From Callorhinchus milii (taxonomy: Eukaryota), in the NCBI RefSeq assembly GCF_018977255.1, contig NW_024704742.1, positions 100,070,001 through 100,134,000 on the forward strand: 64,000 nt of DNA, written 5' to 3'. Below, one piece after another: positions 51,568-64,000 of the stretch. Within the stretch, counting starts at the first letter, position 1, and each line of letters starts with the position of its first letter. Made by a program: the position numbers and the translations under genes. Under the pieces are notes generated by a model, which saw only the letters and a list, made by a program, of their open reading frames with translations, was not told the DNA's origin and did no database searches.

Positions 51568-51886
51568 GAGTCCTGTAGCTCAGTCGTGAGAGCACTCGCT
51601 TTGCAAGTGAGAGACCCGAGTTCAGTTCCAGGCAGAGGGCGAAACCTTGGGCAAGTTTCCTTACTCCACACACCTAATAATAATCCCTCCAAAAAACAAA
51701 ACAATAATAAATTGGTCATTTTCAATCCATGACTGTTTGTGGGACATTGCTGTGCGCAAATGGCTGCCGCGTTCGCCCACAAATATACAGTCAATTCACT
51801 TTACAGTATATTCTGTGAAGCACTTTGGGATGTCTAGAAGACGTGAAAAGCGCTATATCAAATGCAAGGATTATTATTATTATTAT
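51568..51886 (+). mobile_element. Young SINE (short form), full length
   Basis: gagtcctgtagctcagt head through (TTA)n tail. Confidence 0.92.
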
Positions 51887-54800
51887 AAACAACTCGCCTA
51901 ACTGACATTTAACTATCCTTTCCCTCTGGCTCTGATTCACAAGATTTTTTGGTGTGTGAATTGGAAAATGGTCCCAAAGCAGACACTGCCTGTATTATTC
52001 AGTGAACCTCAGCAGATCAAAAAAAAATTATATAAAAAAACAAGTTTCAAATAAATTAGTTTACCAATTTACAAATTTCTAGTTCCACAAATTAGAACAT
52101 TTATTTCCTGCATGTGGAAAACATCACAGCCCTCACAAACCCACAGCAGAATGCAACATGAAAACAATCATGTTTAGACAGGTTGGACTGTTGCATGACA
52201 GTTCACTAACATAAGGCAACAGAATAAAATGAAGCTGTACATTAAAGCCAAAGGAGCTTGTGAAACAGTGTATGACAGCATCATTAAAAAAGGAAAGAGA
52301 TAAACGGAGGGTCATGGTGCTTTCCCCTCTCTATCTCTGGCTCAAAGCCAAACAAAATGAAATGCAAAACCAGTGACTACAAAAGGAGGATGCTCGTGCT
52401 CAGTGGTTTTCATCATAAAGTTATAATGCTTCATCAGATGTAAAAACCCTTACAGGGGAAGTCCAAGCCTAGAGGTAGTACTTTTTGTTCAAAGTATTCC
52501 CCCTGGAAAATGAGAAGCAGGTTACCAAACATCTTCATTTAAAATATTAATAATACTTTCATTTGATTATAACGATTTATCGTGTCATTGAGACGTCTCA
52601 AAGTGCTTTACAGAATATATTTACAATATATTCGGTGAAGCACTTTAATTCAACATGACCTGGGACACACCGTCTCCAGCATAATACTGTTACAACAACC
52701 ACCACAACAACCTGCATTTATATGATACCCTTCATGCTTAACAGCATCTTATGAGAGTTGCAGTGGCGGAGTTGGACCCCGGCCATGGGATTAGGGGAGG
52801 TGACCATAGGCACAATCAAAGAGGTAGGTCTTCAGATTACAGTGACATACAATACAAACAGGATATAGCAGAGGATATTAGTGCCAAGTATAAAACAGAT
52901 TTCCCAAGGATTGAATGTCTGCAATTTGAGTGTCTGCATCTTCCCCCCTCCCTCGTGTTAATGAGCTGTTCCAAGAAAATGCTGTAGCTTACGTTGCCAA
53001 AGCAACCTAGTAGAGAAAGAGATTAGTTCAGGTACTCAGTTAAAGTAGGGATTCCTTGCTACAGAGAAAGAAATGTTTTGCGACAAAAAACTGAACACAC
53101 TTACATTTACCCTGTAACTATTCAGAATCGACCACATAAACCCTACATACCAATACCCTAATGGACAAGAGGTCCTTGATAGACAAATGGTACCAAGCTG
53201 AGCAGAACCTTGTTGGAGTTGGCATGCAGTCACCAGAAGCCTCTCCACAAGAATCCCCTTCCCTCTCTTCATTGATGAGGCCATCCCTTCAAACCTAAAT
53301 TAATAAGCCAGACGTTTTCTCACTGAATTCAGATCTCGTCTTATTTGTTAGATGTTGATCTGCTGCTAAAACAATATCAGAATTTTAATTAAAGTGGTAG
53401 ATTCAAAATAGATAAGATTAATTTTAACGATTTTTAAAGTTGGGGTATTTTTTATTCAAGGCCAAAGTAAAATAAATATAAAATTATTCTCCAATAGCAA
53501 GACCTCACTTTAACACATTACCTGACCCTATCTCCATCTCAACTAAACTGTTTCGGTTATGTATACGTTAGACAGGTCTGCTGTGTGATTTAGTTGGTTG
53601 ATTTCAGCAGCACCCAAAAGCACACTTCAGGGTGTCTCAGGCATGCCTGGTACCCTGAGCACAGGCAAGCAAAGCACTGCACATCCTTCCTCCCCAGAAA
53701 AGAGACTGTGGATTCAAAAACTGCCAACCAGAAACTCTGCTTCTGTCAGTTCTCAGTGACTGGATCTGGGTAATTGAGCACAGAGATTGGTCAACTGACC
53801 AAAACAAAATAGAAATGTCAAGTTAGGATGTGACAAGGCATCCAGTAAATATTCAAGTTTCTTTTATTTTTTGCAAATCTTAAGTATGGTACATCAACAA
53901 CTTGGATTTATTGAGGGTCAGGCAAGAGCTAAACTAGTGGAAGGAGCATCGCATCAGGGTTAAGATTTAATGAAAGTCAATTTTTGCCCATTTTATTGAG
54001 TTATTTCAGTGACTGTTTCTGAAAAGATAAACCATTTCCTATTTTCGAGTGACCGATTGATCCAAATTATCAATCATTGTGGAGGAGCACTTTAGCTTCA
54101 TTAATCTACATCTGAGGAACCTGAATTGAACCCCAAACAATTTGGAAAGTGGCCCATTCAGTTTCAAATTCAACTTAAAAGCGTTGTGAGCAATAAAACC
54201 CGACCATACAAATAAAAAAATGGAAATGGGTACTTTTTGACATCAATTCCTCTGGGAGCGGGAATCAAGTAATTGTTAATCTGTCTATATACAGTACTCA
54301 GTGTGGAGGTGCTGAGCAGAAACCCGTCTCCACTCCACCAAGAGGAAGAGAATATCTAAAGACAGGCACCATCGACAATTCCCACATATCCCCTGGTGGC
54401 GATGGTGGAGGCCTTGGAGCCCTCAGCCTGCTCATTCTCTTAATACAATTTACATGTATATAGTGCCTTTCACATCAGAAGGATGTCTCAAAACACTCTG
54501 TCTGGTTTGGATACTCTTTAAGCATGGTAATGGGTTTCCGCATGTGTCAGACACCTGCTGACAAGAAAAAACACACCTAATGGGGAAGTGTGTGTCACAG
54601 AGACAACATCCTACTTTGGGCAGAGAGAACAAAACAGAAAAAGAAAACCGCAAAAAATAACTAGCCGAATATTTATTTAGTCTTCCTGATGGCTCAGTTG
54701 CCAAAAACCACTGCTCTGGTGTGAAAGTGAACCATATGGATTTAAAAGGAGTCGAGTTAAATTCTATCCAACAAGTCCATTTTTCTCTCTCTCTTTCTTC

Positions 54801-54949
54801 CACTTGCCCCTCCTTTTCTCCCCCCAACAACCCCCCCCCCCCCACCCGCCAATTTCCATGCTTAAGAGAGTGGCCAAACCAAACAGCGTTCCATATGCAT
54901 CCCACCTACCCATGGAAAATGCCATGTACTGGAATTGAATGACAAGAGG

Positions 54950-55255
54950 AAGTATTTGCAAACACGGCAGCCAATTTGCATGTACCAATGTCTCACAAAC
55001 AGCCATGAAGTGAATGACCAATTTTATCTGGGGATTGTTGACACCAAGAGAAACTCTCTTCTCCTTTTCAAATATTGTCATGGGATCTTAATGGTTCCTC
55101 AGTCTAATGTCTCATCCAAAATACAGCGCACCCAAAATGCAGCACTCTTCCAGCACTGCATGTGCATGTCAGTTTGGACTTTTAACTCAAAGACCCTCAG
55201 CCGCCTGACTCAGAGGCAAGAGTACTACCAGAGGCAAGAGTTTCCAGACTGACAC
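54950..55255 (-). mobile_element. Older Deu-domain SINE
   Basis: cggcagccaatttgc ... ctgactcagaggcaagagt ... gactgacac. Confidence 0.75.
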
Positions 55256-57157
55256 TGATAAACATTAATAGAAACTTTGAAAAAACACAATAAAGTTTAA
55301 TTAAGGTTTAATTCTTGTTCTGTTGTATACATGACATCCTCCTGTTCTGGATCCACTTTGACAGGAACCAAATTTAAAACACTCCCTGAATTGGCAAAAA
55401 GGGATTTTGGAGATGATTTTGCAGCATCAGGAGACTGAACGCTGTATTAAGTTATGATCAGGCGTGATCAGAGTGCTGAATCAGCTCAAGTCCCCAAGAG
55501 ATCTCTTAGAATTGAGTTATTTTATACATGGTGCTCTGGGGATTAATATCTCAAGACACACGGTCCAGTTCTGCATTCATGACTTAATAAACTGGGGGCA
55601 TTTTGGAAAATAATTACCCACCACAACTTAGAAATTGGTTTGGGTTGGGTTTTACATTCGTGCAGCACTATTCAGTCACAGTGCGTTAAAGAAACAACCC
55701 GTCACCCACTCCACAATTACCAGGCAAGCGGTAGTTATGATGTCTATCTCTCTCATGGGATAAAAGCAGTGTTCAATAAACTGCTTCATCCGGCTGAGTG
55801 CATCCATAAACAAAAACAAAATCATTGCAGTTTGGGTTTTCCTGTGTTGTAACCGCTTCATGGCCATTTGTGGAACATTGCTATGTGCAAATTGGCTGCA
55901 CGTTTGCCTACAAAGTACACTGTCCCTCCACTTTACAGTGTATGCTGTGAAGCACTTTGAGATGTCCTCCTGATGTGGAAGACTATATCAAATTTAAGGA
56001 TTTTTTTATTTTATTAACAGCTAGACAGCAGTTTCCACAAGCAGAAACCTTATCCCTTGCCATCTTGGAACCTGAGCTCAAGCTGATCGGTCTTTACTAA
56101 GTGCGTACCTGAGGGACTAACAATCACCCTTTACTAATTGTTCTGCTGACTGGGGATTTTGCATGTCCACTTTCCACACTACCAAACTCCCTTCAAAAAG
56201 ACTTCACCACAAAGGCCAGAAGTTAGGCTGAAACCAGATCAAATTATACAGAGCGCAAAAATTTAATCCGCAGTATGCCAACGTCAAATCAAAATTACTT
56301 CACAGATAAAGCAGCCGCTTAAAAAGCTCAGACCTTTAACAGCTGTGGAATCTGATATACACGGATGTTTAATAGAAATTACGGCATTGAAGGAGGCCAC
56401 TCGTACTGTCCAATGTTTCCGTTTATCTCCTACTTCAAACAGTGCTTTGCTTTCTGAATTGAGATCTCAGGGTCACGCAGACATTGCCTCTCCGCCTCCA
56501 AGTACTTTCACTCACCAGCTGAGCGTGGGTGCTCAACCACTGTTCTGTGACAAACAGCATGCAGAAGACTTCATCCCTTATAATGGCCTCTTTCTTTTTT
56601 GCAACTGTATAATGATAGCAAGAGAACAAAAGTTTTCTCTTTGAAGTCAGAACTCCGCTTGTATTTTTAAACTAGATTTCCGAGCATTGTGCGTTTTGCC
56701 ACAGACATCTTCACAGAACAATAAAGTGTCAGCCCGCATACATCACTCCCATGCTTTCAACAACTTTCACTTAGGTAGCACCTTTCACCATGAGAGAAAT
56801 GACTCAAAGCACTTTAAAGAATTAATTAGAAATAAGAGAACATTAGAGGCAAGTGTGGCAATTATTTTGCACTACTAGCGTTCCGCTATGTAAAAAATAT
56901 GCAAATAGTTGAAATTTTGGGGGTGAATTTTGTTTACAAGTCATGATAACTGGGAAATTCCTTTGAAATAATGAGGAAAGATAGTGCGGGGGTGGGATTC
57001 TCAGTAAATGTCCATCTGAATTACAAAGCAGACGGGACCTAACTAATGACTTAATCAAAGAAAGAATGGTGATATTGAAATAAATAATAAACCTCTAGCT
57101 AATATAAAATGTCAAGTAGGCAAGCATTTTTTTGTCATTCATATAATTCACACATAG

Positions 57158-57513
57158 TAATAATAATCCTTGCATTTGATATAGCGCTTTTCCCATCTTC
57201 TAGACATCTCAAAGCGTTTCACAGAATATACAGTAAAGTGAATTAACTGTATATTTGGGGGCGAAATGCGGCACAGCAGTGTCCCACAAACAGTCATGGA
57301 TTGAAGTGGCCAATTTATTTTTTTAAGGAATTATTACCTGTGAAAAAGTGATCCGCCATTTGACTAACAACCAGGTTCCTACTATTTTTTCTTGAGGGAT
57401 TATTATCACGTATGTGGAGTAAGGAAACTTGTCCAAGGTTTTGCCCTGCCGGGAAACAAACCAAGGTCTTTTGCTTGCGAGGCGAGTACTCTAACCACTG
57501 AGCTACAGGACCC
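57158..57513 (-). mobile_element. Young tRNA-derived SINE (long form)
   Basis: Colinear with the other copies, central block locally rearranged. Confidence 0.88.
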
Positions 57514-58727
57514 CACAAGACTCCACAACAAAGGGAGATCCACTTAACAACACACCACTTTACATTCAACTTATAAATGCAACACAGTGAAACGAACGGC
57601 TGATTGTATTTCTTTCATCTATCGAACAAAAGAACACATCCTTTGGATCTGGTATGTTTTTTCCAAGAAGCTCAGGTTCATCGCACAGGTGATCGGACTT
57701 TAAAAAGTCTGATTTAAATCAAATAAAATGATATATTGAACTTGGTAAAAGCATGGTCCTTGCATATTCTTGCTCACAAATACAATTAGTACAATTAGCC
57801 CAAAAGTTGCAGAATACCCTCTATGATACTAGAAAGGTGATTTTCAATCCATAACTTACTAGATGTACTTGATGCAATAGTCTGCTGATTCTATCCACCT
57901 CACTGAGTCAAGGTCATAACAATCCTTTCACATCAGTTTAAAATTGCACACATTCATTCTATAATGGAGGCCTCAGGACGGAATTGTTCATAAACATGTC
58001 ACTGCACTGAGCAGGAAGTCTTGCGCCTTGGGACGTCCTCTGGACGTGAAAGGCGCTCAATAAATGGAATCTTGTTGTTGTTGTTGTTGTCACTGGATGG
58101 TTCGGTTTTCCTTTGCTTCAAAAGCTTAGGCACACAAGGTATTTTCATCTCAGAAATCGAGGTTGAATTCTAGATGATAGTGAGGTGAAGCCATTGCACA
58201 TAGTTATAGAAGTCCTACACAAAATGAACTGGGGCAATGTCTGCATAGTATAGTGTTGGATACTGACCCTCATCACAAATGCATCCCTTAATGTGATACA
58301 AAATAGCACTGAATTGGCATATCTGTTCTCAGCATGCTGGTATGAGAAATGGAAGGCGTTTAAAATTACACTCTAGGGGGAGCTCTTCTGAGTTTGGGGA
58401 GAAGGCACATCAGAGGTAGAAATGTCATTTGAATCTAGATGTACTCTATTTTCTTAGCATTTCAGAGCGTCCAGAATTTGACAATTTCTTAAATACTGTC
58501 TTAATTTTGAAGTTGATGTTCTGTCAGACTTTTAAAAACTACAGATAAACTGGATCCAGAGTTGATATTGAATTCAACAATTTGCCGAATTCGGGACTCA
58601 CTGAATCGCTTATAAAAATAAAGTAAATCTAAACCCAGGTGGAATTTCTACATCACTGTTGAGCAAAGTAGAGGGTGCTTTACTCTGCCACTGACATGCA
58701 CTAGATCTAGTAGTTTTTTTTAGTAGA

Positions 58728-58968
58728 AGCATTTTTTCACCCAAAGGGTAGTGGAAATCTGGAACTCTCTCCCCCAAAAGGCTGTGGATGCTGGATCCAT
58801 TCATTTTTTCAAAACTGGGGTGGATAGATTTGTGTTAGGTAAGAGTATCAAGGGATATGGGGCAAAGGTGGTTAATTGGAGTTGAAATATAGATCAGCCA
58901 TAATCTAATAGAATGGCGGACCAGGCTCAAAGAGCTGAATGCTCTGCGCCTGTTCCTATTTCTTATGC
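58728..58968 (+). mobile_element. CR1 LINE 3' end
   Basis: ttcacccaaagggtagtggaaatctggaactctctcccc (F.QRVV.IWNSLP) ... tcctatttcttatg terminus. Confidence 0.85.
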
Positions 58969-58972
58969 TTGA

Positions 58973-59332
58973 TAATAATAATCCTTGCCTTTGGTATAGC
59001 GCCTTATCACGTCTTCTATACAAAGCACTTCACAGAATATACTGTAAAGTGAATTGGCTGTTTTGAATTGGAAGGTTCAATATTTATGGGCAAAGCGTGG
59101 CAGCCAATTATGCACAGCAGTGTCCCACAAACAGTCGTGGATTGGGTGACCACATTTTTTTTGAGTGATTATCATCCCCGGAAAAGTGATTCACCAATCG
59201 ACTAACAAATGGGTTCCTACTTAATACTAGGTAAACAGAGGCGTGTGGAGTAAGGAAACTTGCCCAACATTTCGCCTTGCTGGGAATCGAACCCAAGTCC
59301 TCTCGCTTGCAAGGCGAGTGCTCTAAGCTACA
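58973..59332 (-). mobile_element. Young tRNA-derived SINE (long form)
   Basis: Colinear with the other copies; tail-to-tail with the CR1 3' end. Confidence 0.88.
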
Positions 59333-60480
59333 AGATGCTGATCTGGGATGCAAAAAGTGGAAATATTCTGGTAATTCTTGCCTTGATAAACGTAAATACA
59401 TTCACTAAAAGCAATGGTTGCACTCCCAGATTGAAATTGCTAAAATTAAGTTACTTTGGGGGCTACTTCAAGACACCTCATTGAAGTGAAGCACCAGATT
59501 GTTGCTCCATATAGGAGTGTGATGTAATGATTTATACCGCCAAGGTTTATGAGATGACAATTCTAGATCTTAAAAAATGCATTATAATTCACATTGAGTT
59601 TAAAATAAATGTGCAATTTGCTGCTAAAAGACTGGCACATCTTATCCAAAATAACTCAACAAATGTGGCACTTTCATTGCAAACAATTTCTGTGTTAAGC
59701 CAGTGTATGGCTGCCAAGCTGCCATACATTGGCTTAACATCCACATCACAGCAAGAGATCTTTTAAGGACATTTAATTTTTCCTCAGGTGCATTAACTTA
59801 GGGGCATCAGAATGTCGAGAGAAATATCACATCACTGCTAATGAAAATAATATGCAAGGTTAGATTTGCTTTTAAAATCATTTTTCTCCTTGTTTCTTTT
59901 TATAGAGTATTAAACTACTGAAGTGAGTCAACAATGCATTGTGGACAAAGCAAATGTCAGGAGATGGACCAAATGAAGTGAAACAGGTATGAAAATTAAC
60001 ACGCAGATATCTGCCAGTTTTGAAAGTGCAAAACTGAATAGGTCAGCTCCCAGAAAATGAAAGAGTTACCCAGCAACAGAGAGAGGTAATGATAGAGGTA
60101 ATGAAATTGGAGAATAATGACCCATTTTAATAGACCTAGAATGTTGCGTCAACTAAATGTCAAGCTGAAAACTACTTGGTGTACGTCCGAATAACTGGTC
60201 ACAGGAACTGGATTGCCATTAGCCCAACATCTCACCCAAAGACGGCAAGCAAAAGAATTGGATTTTATAGTATCCTATTAGGTCAAGATGTCACAAACCA
60301 ATTAAAATTAGTTCTTCACAATAGACAAATGAACAATTAACCTGGAGCACAGTTGGGAGGAGAAATATTAACCTCCTTTCTCAAGTCTGGAAAATTGTAT
60401 GTCAAGGTGGGGAGAGCAGTTATTTTCCAATCCTACAGCAGGTAATGGCCAAAACCATTCTAGCGTCTAGTATAGACAGT

Positions 60481-60885
60481 GTGTCAGCCTGGCTCAGTAG
60501 TAGTACACTCACCTCTGAGTCAGAACATTCAAGCCCCAATCAGGACGTGAAATCACATAGTCTAAGGTGATACTCTAATGTAGTGCTGGGGATGTGTTGC
60601 ATTGTCAGAGGCCTTCGAATGGGACGTGAAACCGAGGTCCCGTTTGCCTGTTCAGCTGAACTTCAAAGATCCCACAGCACTATTCGAAGAGAGAAGGGGT
60701 TTCAACCAGTGCTCTGGCCTACAATCCCCAAAATAAAATTGGTCACCCACTTCATTGCAGTTCATGGGACATTGCTGTCCGCAATTGGCTGCGTGGTTCA
60801 TCCACAAAATACAGTCACTCCACTTTACAGTATATCCTGTGAAATGCTTTGAGACGTCTTGATAAGGCATGTTATGATTATTAAT
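60481..60885 (+). mobile_element. Older Deu-domain SINE, full length (SacSINE1-like)
   Basis: gtgtcagcctggctcagt..cctctgagtcagaa head; aaaccgaggtccc..aaagatcccacagcactattcgaagag; ggacattgctgt.cgcaattggctgc. Confidence 0.85.
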
Positions 60886-62209
60886 TAAAAATGAAGTTTT
60901 GTAAAATACACTAAACAGTTAGTCTTTACTTCATTCAATCTCTTTTTGTGGCTATATACTAATCGGCACTCGTATACATGAAGCACGTGTGTCTAGAAAT
61001 TCCACCTGAGTCTAGATTTCCTCCATTAACATAGTATTTCAAGAGTGTGCAGAAATTGGCATATTGTTGAATTCAGTTTTAACTTTGAAGTGTTTTTCCA
61101 ACAACTTAAAAAAAAGGAACAAAAATAAAAGACGGTATTTAAGCATTTGACAAATTCTGGACTCTTTAAATTGATACTTTAATAAGCGTAAATCTAGTCC
61201 AGGTGAAAATTTATTCCCAGAGTTTTTTCAAACCTGATGAGGAACTTCTCCAAGTCTGATTTCAAATTGCCTTAAATTCTAGCAGGAACAATGGGACTTC
61301 TCAGAGTTTTATATTTCTTCACACTATTTTACTCTCTACACAAAGGCTTTAAGTATTATAAAGACTCTCTTCTACTCAGAAAACTGCAAAAAATAAAATG
61401 CCACAATACCGACTTCAGCTATAAAACAACCAAAACAAAACATTTAAATAAAGAACATTTTGTAAAAGCCCGTGAAGAGATAATGGCAAACTTAACATTA
61501 CTGTCCTCTAGCCTGATATAAAGTACCACCGTGAGCTTATTGAATACACTGGGTACCATGCTAAAAGAACTGTGCTGGCAATCAGTACCCAAGAGTCCTT
61601 TATGGCAACCCGAGTGTGTGCTCTGTAAGTGATTGCAGTCTTTATTTAGTAGTCAGAAAGAGGGTCATTATTCAATTATTTTAGGAATTAAGTTTTATGC
61701 TCTATTTAAACTATCCATTTCTCATCAATGCACTGCGTTTGGCCTTTGTTGTTATTCTGAATGAGACCATTTATGGCTGCTGTGAGATACAGATACTGCA
61801 CTTGTTACAGACAAAGAGTGATGTCACTCACAAAAGATAAATTCTACTGTACAGAGAATGGGTTTCCTTGATAAACTGATTTCAGACCTGGCTCTGCCCA
61901 TCACTATTACAAACCTCCCTCGTTCCCCAAAAAGATTTTTTTAAAAAAAATGTAAATATGTAAAAGGGCAGACATTGCAATGCCATTTTGGTGGAATGCA
62001 ACGTTTTAAGACCTAAAGCCGAGGTCCTGTCTGTCTGTTCTGGTGGAGGTTATGAACATAAGAATATACGAATTTGATCGGCAAAAGAACACCAAGTTCC
62101 ATCTAGTTCACCTTCCACCTTTCTGGCAGTCGCATGACATGTTGTGTCTCAAACTATATATGGTATCCCTTAATAATATTTCCTAACAGAAATTTATCTA
62201 AGATAGAAT

Positions 62210-62927
62210 CCTCATATCCGCGCCACAACTGGCACCGCCTTCCATCACCTCCGAAATATCGCCAGACTACGGCATTACCTCACCCCTCACGCTGCTGAAA
62301 CTCTGGTCCACGCCTTTATCACCTCAAGGCTGGACTACGGGAACTCTCTCCTCGCCGGCCTTCCCGGCACCTCCCTCCACAAGCTGCAGGTCATTCAGAA
62401 CTCTGCAGCTCGTGTACTGTCCCGCACCAGGCTTCGGGACCACATCACTCCCACCCTCGCTCGCCTCCACTGGCTCCCCATCCCCCAGAGGATCGAATTC
62501 AAGATCCTCATCCTCACCTACAAGGCCATTCACGGCCTTGCTCCCACCTACCTCTCCGACCTACTATCTCCCTACCTACCTGCCCGTACCCTCCGTTCCT
62601 CTGGCTCCGGTCTGCTCCACATCCCCCGCCCCAACCGCCCTACCATCGGTGGCCGGGCCTTCAGTCTCTCAGCCCCCATGCTCTGGAACTCTATCCCCCA
62701 GTGCCTTCGCCGCCTCCTCCCTTTCCTCCTTCAAGGCTAGTCTCAAGACCTTTCTCTTTGACTGTGCCTTCAGCTCCCCTCTCGACTCTCTATCCCCTCC
62801 TCGCTCCCTCCCTTCCCTCCCCTCACCCTGACCATTTCCCCCCTGCTCGGGTCCTGACCCAACTGTACAGCGCCTTGGGACGTCCTCCCGACATGAAAGG
62901 CGCTCAATAAATGGAATCTTGTTGTTG
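62210..62927 (+). mobile_element. L2 LINE 3' portion, young subfamily
   Basis: Very similar to 48750-49510; tail atggaatcttgttgttg. Confidence 0.94.
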
Positions 62928-64000
62928 GGCACTTTTCGAAAAGAGATGGGAGTTTCTCCAGGTGTCCTGGCCAAAGATCTTCCAGGCAAACATTGGTTAT
63001 TTACTTTGGGGCTGTACGTGGGGCATTGCTGTGTGCAAATTAGCTGCCACATTCGCTTACAAATACACAGTCACTACACTTGATGGAAACTTTGTGAAGC
63101 GCTGAGATTTTCTTGACATTTAACAGTTATATCAAATTCAGGTATACATTATAAAAAAAGAAAACATGTGCCAAAATGCTCACACAAAACACATGATAAT
63201 ACACAGATCCAGTATGAAGAATTGTTAGTATGAGGTATTGTCAACCTAATGGGCAAATTTGTCAGCAAGTGCTGAAAAGCCTACGTTCCATTTAACATGG
63301 GGGTCAATAATTCCACGGGGTTGGTGAGGGAGGTGGAGAAAGAGACCAAAATTTCCAGTTGGTATAGCACCTTTCACGTTGGTAGGACGGACATCTCAGT
63401 TGTTTGCCGGTTTCGCTGGGGTAACTGTTCTAAAAATAAGCCGCATCAATTCCTCATCTGAAAAAAGTGGCACGTTGAAAGAGAATGCTAATCACTGTGC
63501 TCAAAAGGAAACCTGTTTTGAAAAATCCACCTGTAATCAAACCTGCCCTCTATTTAAAATAATTCACAACTTGAGCGGCTGATTTCTCCAATCACCACAG
63601 AGCCAAAACGTTACTAAAATAGCTATCAATTACGTTCCATTTTTGGAATCCAATTTGGTTTATTTTTACTGAGAAATTTTTGTAGTTTTAGGAAGAAAAG
63701 CAAAACTATCTGAGGCAGATAAGGAGAAAAATAACAGTATATTTTAGAGCTTAATACTTAATGGTATCATGAAAGTTAATGGATATCGATTCAGGCTTTA
63801 TTGATGAAGCAGAACCTTGTTCTGATGCAAGTCAGATTTACTGCAATCATCAACCAGCAGAAAGCTGAGTTGTATAACCTGCAATCGGGATGAAAATCAA
63901 CCTGTATTGATAGCTTTCAAATTTTGCTTCAACACAATTTCAGAACCAAATATTCCAGGACCAATTTTGTGAGTAAAATTGATTCAGTGAGCATTTAAGC

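Noticed and set aside
43561..64000. Upstream CSNK1G3 kinase exons (DVKPEN / IDFGLAK / GTARYMS)
   Set aside because: Not found by eye. The IDFG-like string near 44000 lacks the flanking residues. They are probably beyond the window, though I could have missed one.
1..64000. CRISPR arrays, operons or prokaryotic defence systems
   Set aside because: The sequence is spliced vertebrate DNA. The repeats are dispersed retroposons, not regularly spaced direct repeats.

Overview
This is AT-rich vertebrate genomic DNA, not prokaryotic. The repeat content (Deu-domain SINEs, L2 and CR1 LINEs) points to a cartilaginous fish, probably a holocephalan (inference). The window holds the 3' part of a casein kinase 1 gamma-3 gene (CSNK1G3) on the minus strand. 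I reconstructed eight phase-compatible GT-AG coding exons from 43558 down to the stop codon at 17127-17129: the kinase C-lobe, a 105-nt cassette exon, a 24-nt microexon and the CCCFFKRRKRKTIQRHK terminus. A 3' UTR of about 2 kb follows. I found no upstream kinase exons in 43.6-64 kb, so they probably lie beyond the right edge. The rest is intronic or intergenic and dense in retroposons: a 2.6-kb 5'-truncated L2 LINE and many L2 3' ends, young tRNA-headed SINEs sharing the L2 tail, older Deu-SINEs, CR1 remnants and one fragment of a different LINE clade. Most ORFs in the supplied track are spurious or repeat-derived. The best leads are a sense-strand pre-miRNA-like intronic hairpin (31449-31550), distant-branch-point/RBFOX architecture at the cassette exon, inverted SINEs bracketing three kinase exons (circRNA candidate), a local inverted duplication, and an L2 subfamily that spread despite a shared ORF2 frameshift. 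I see no evidence of a novel multi-gene system.
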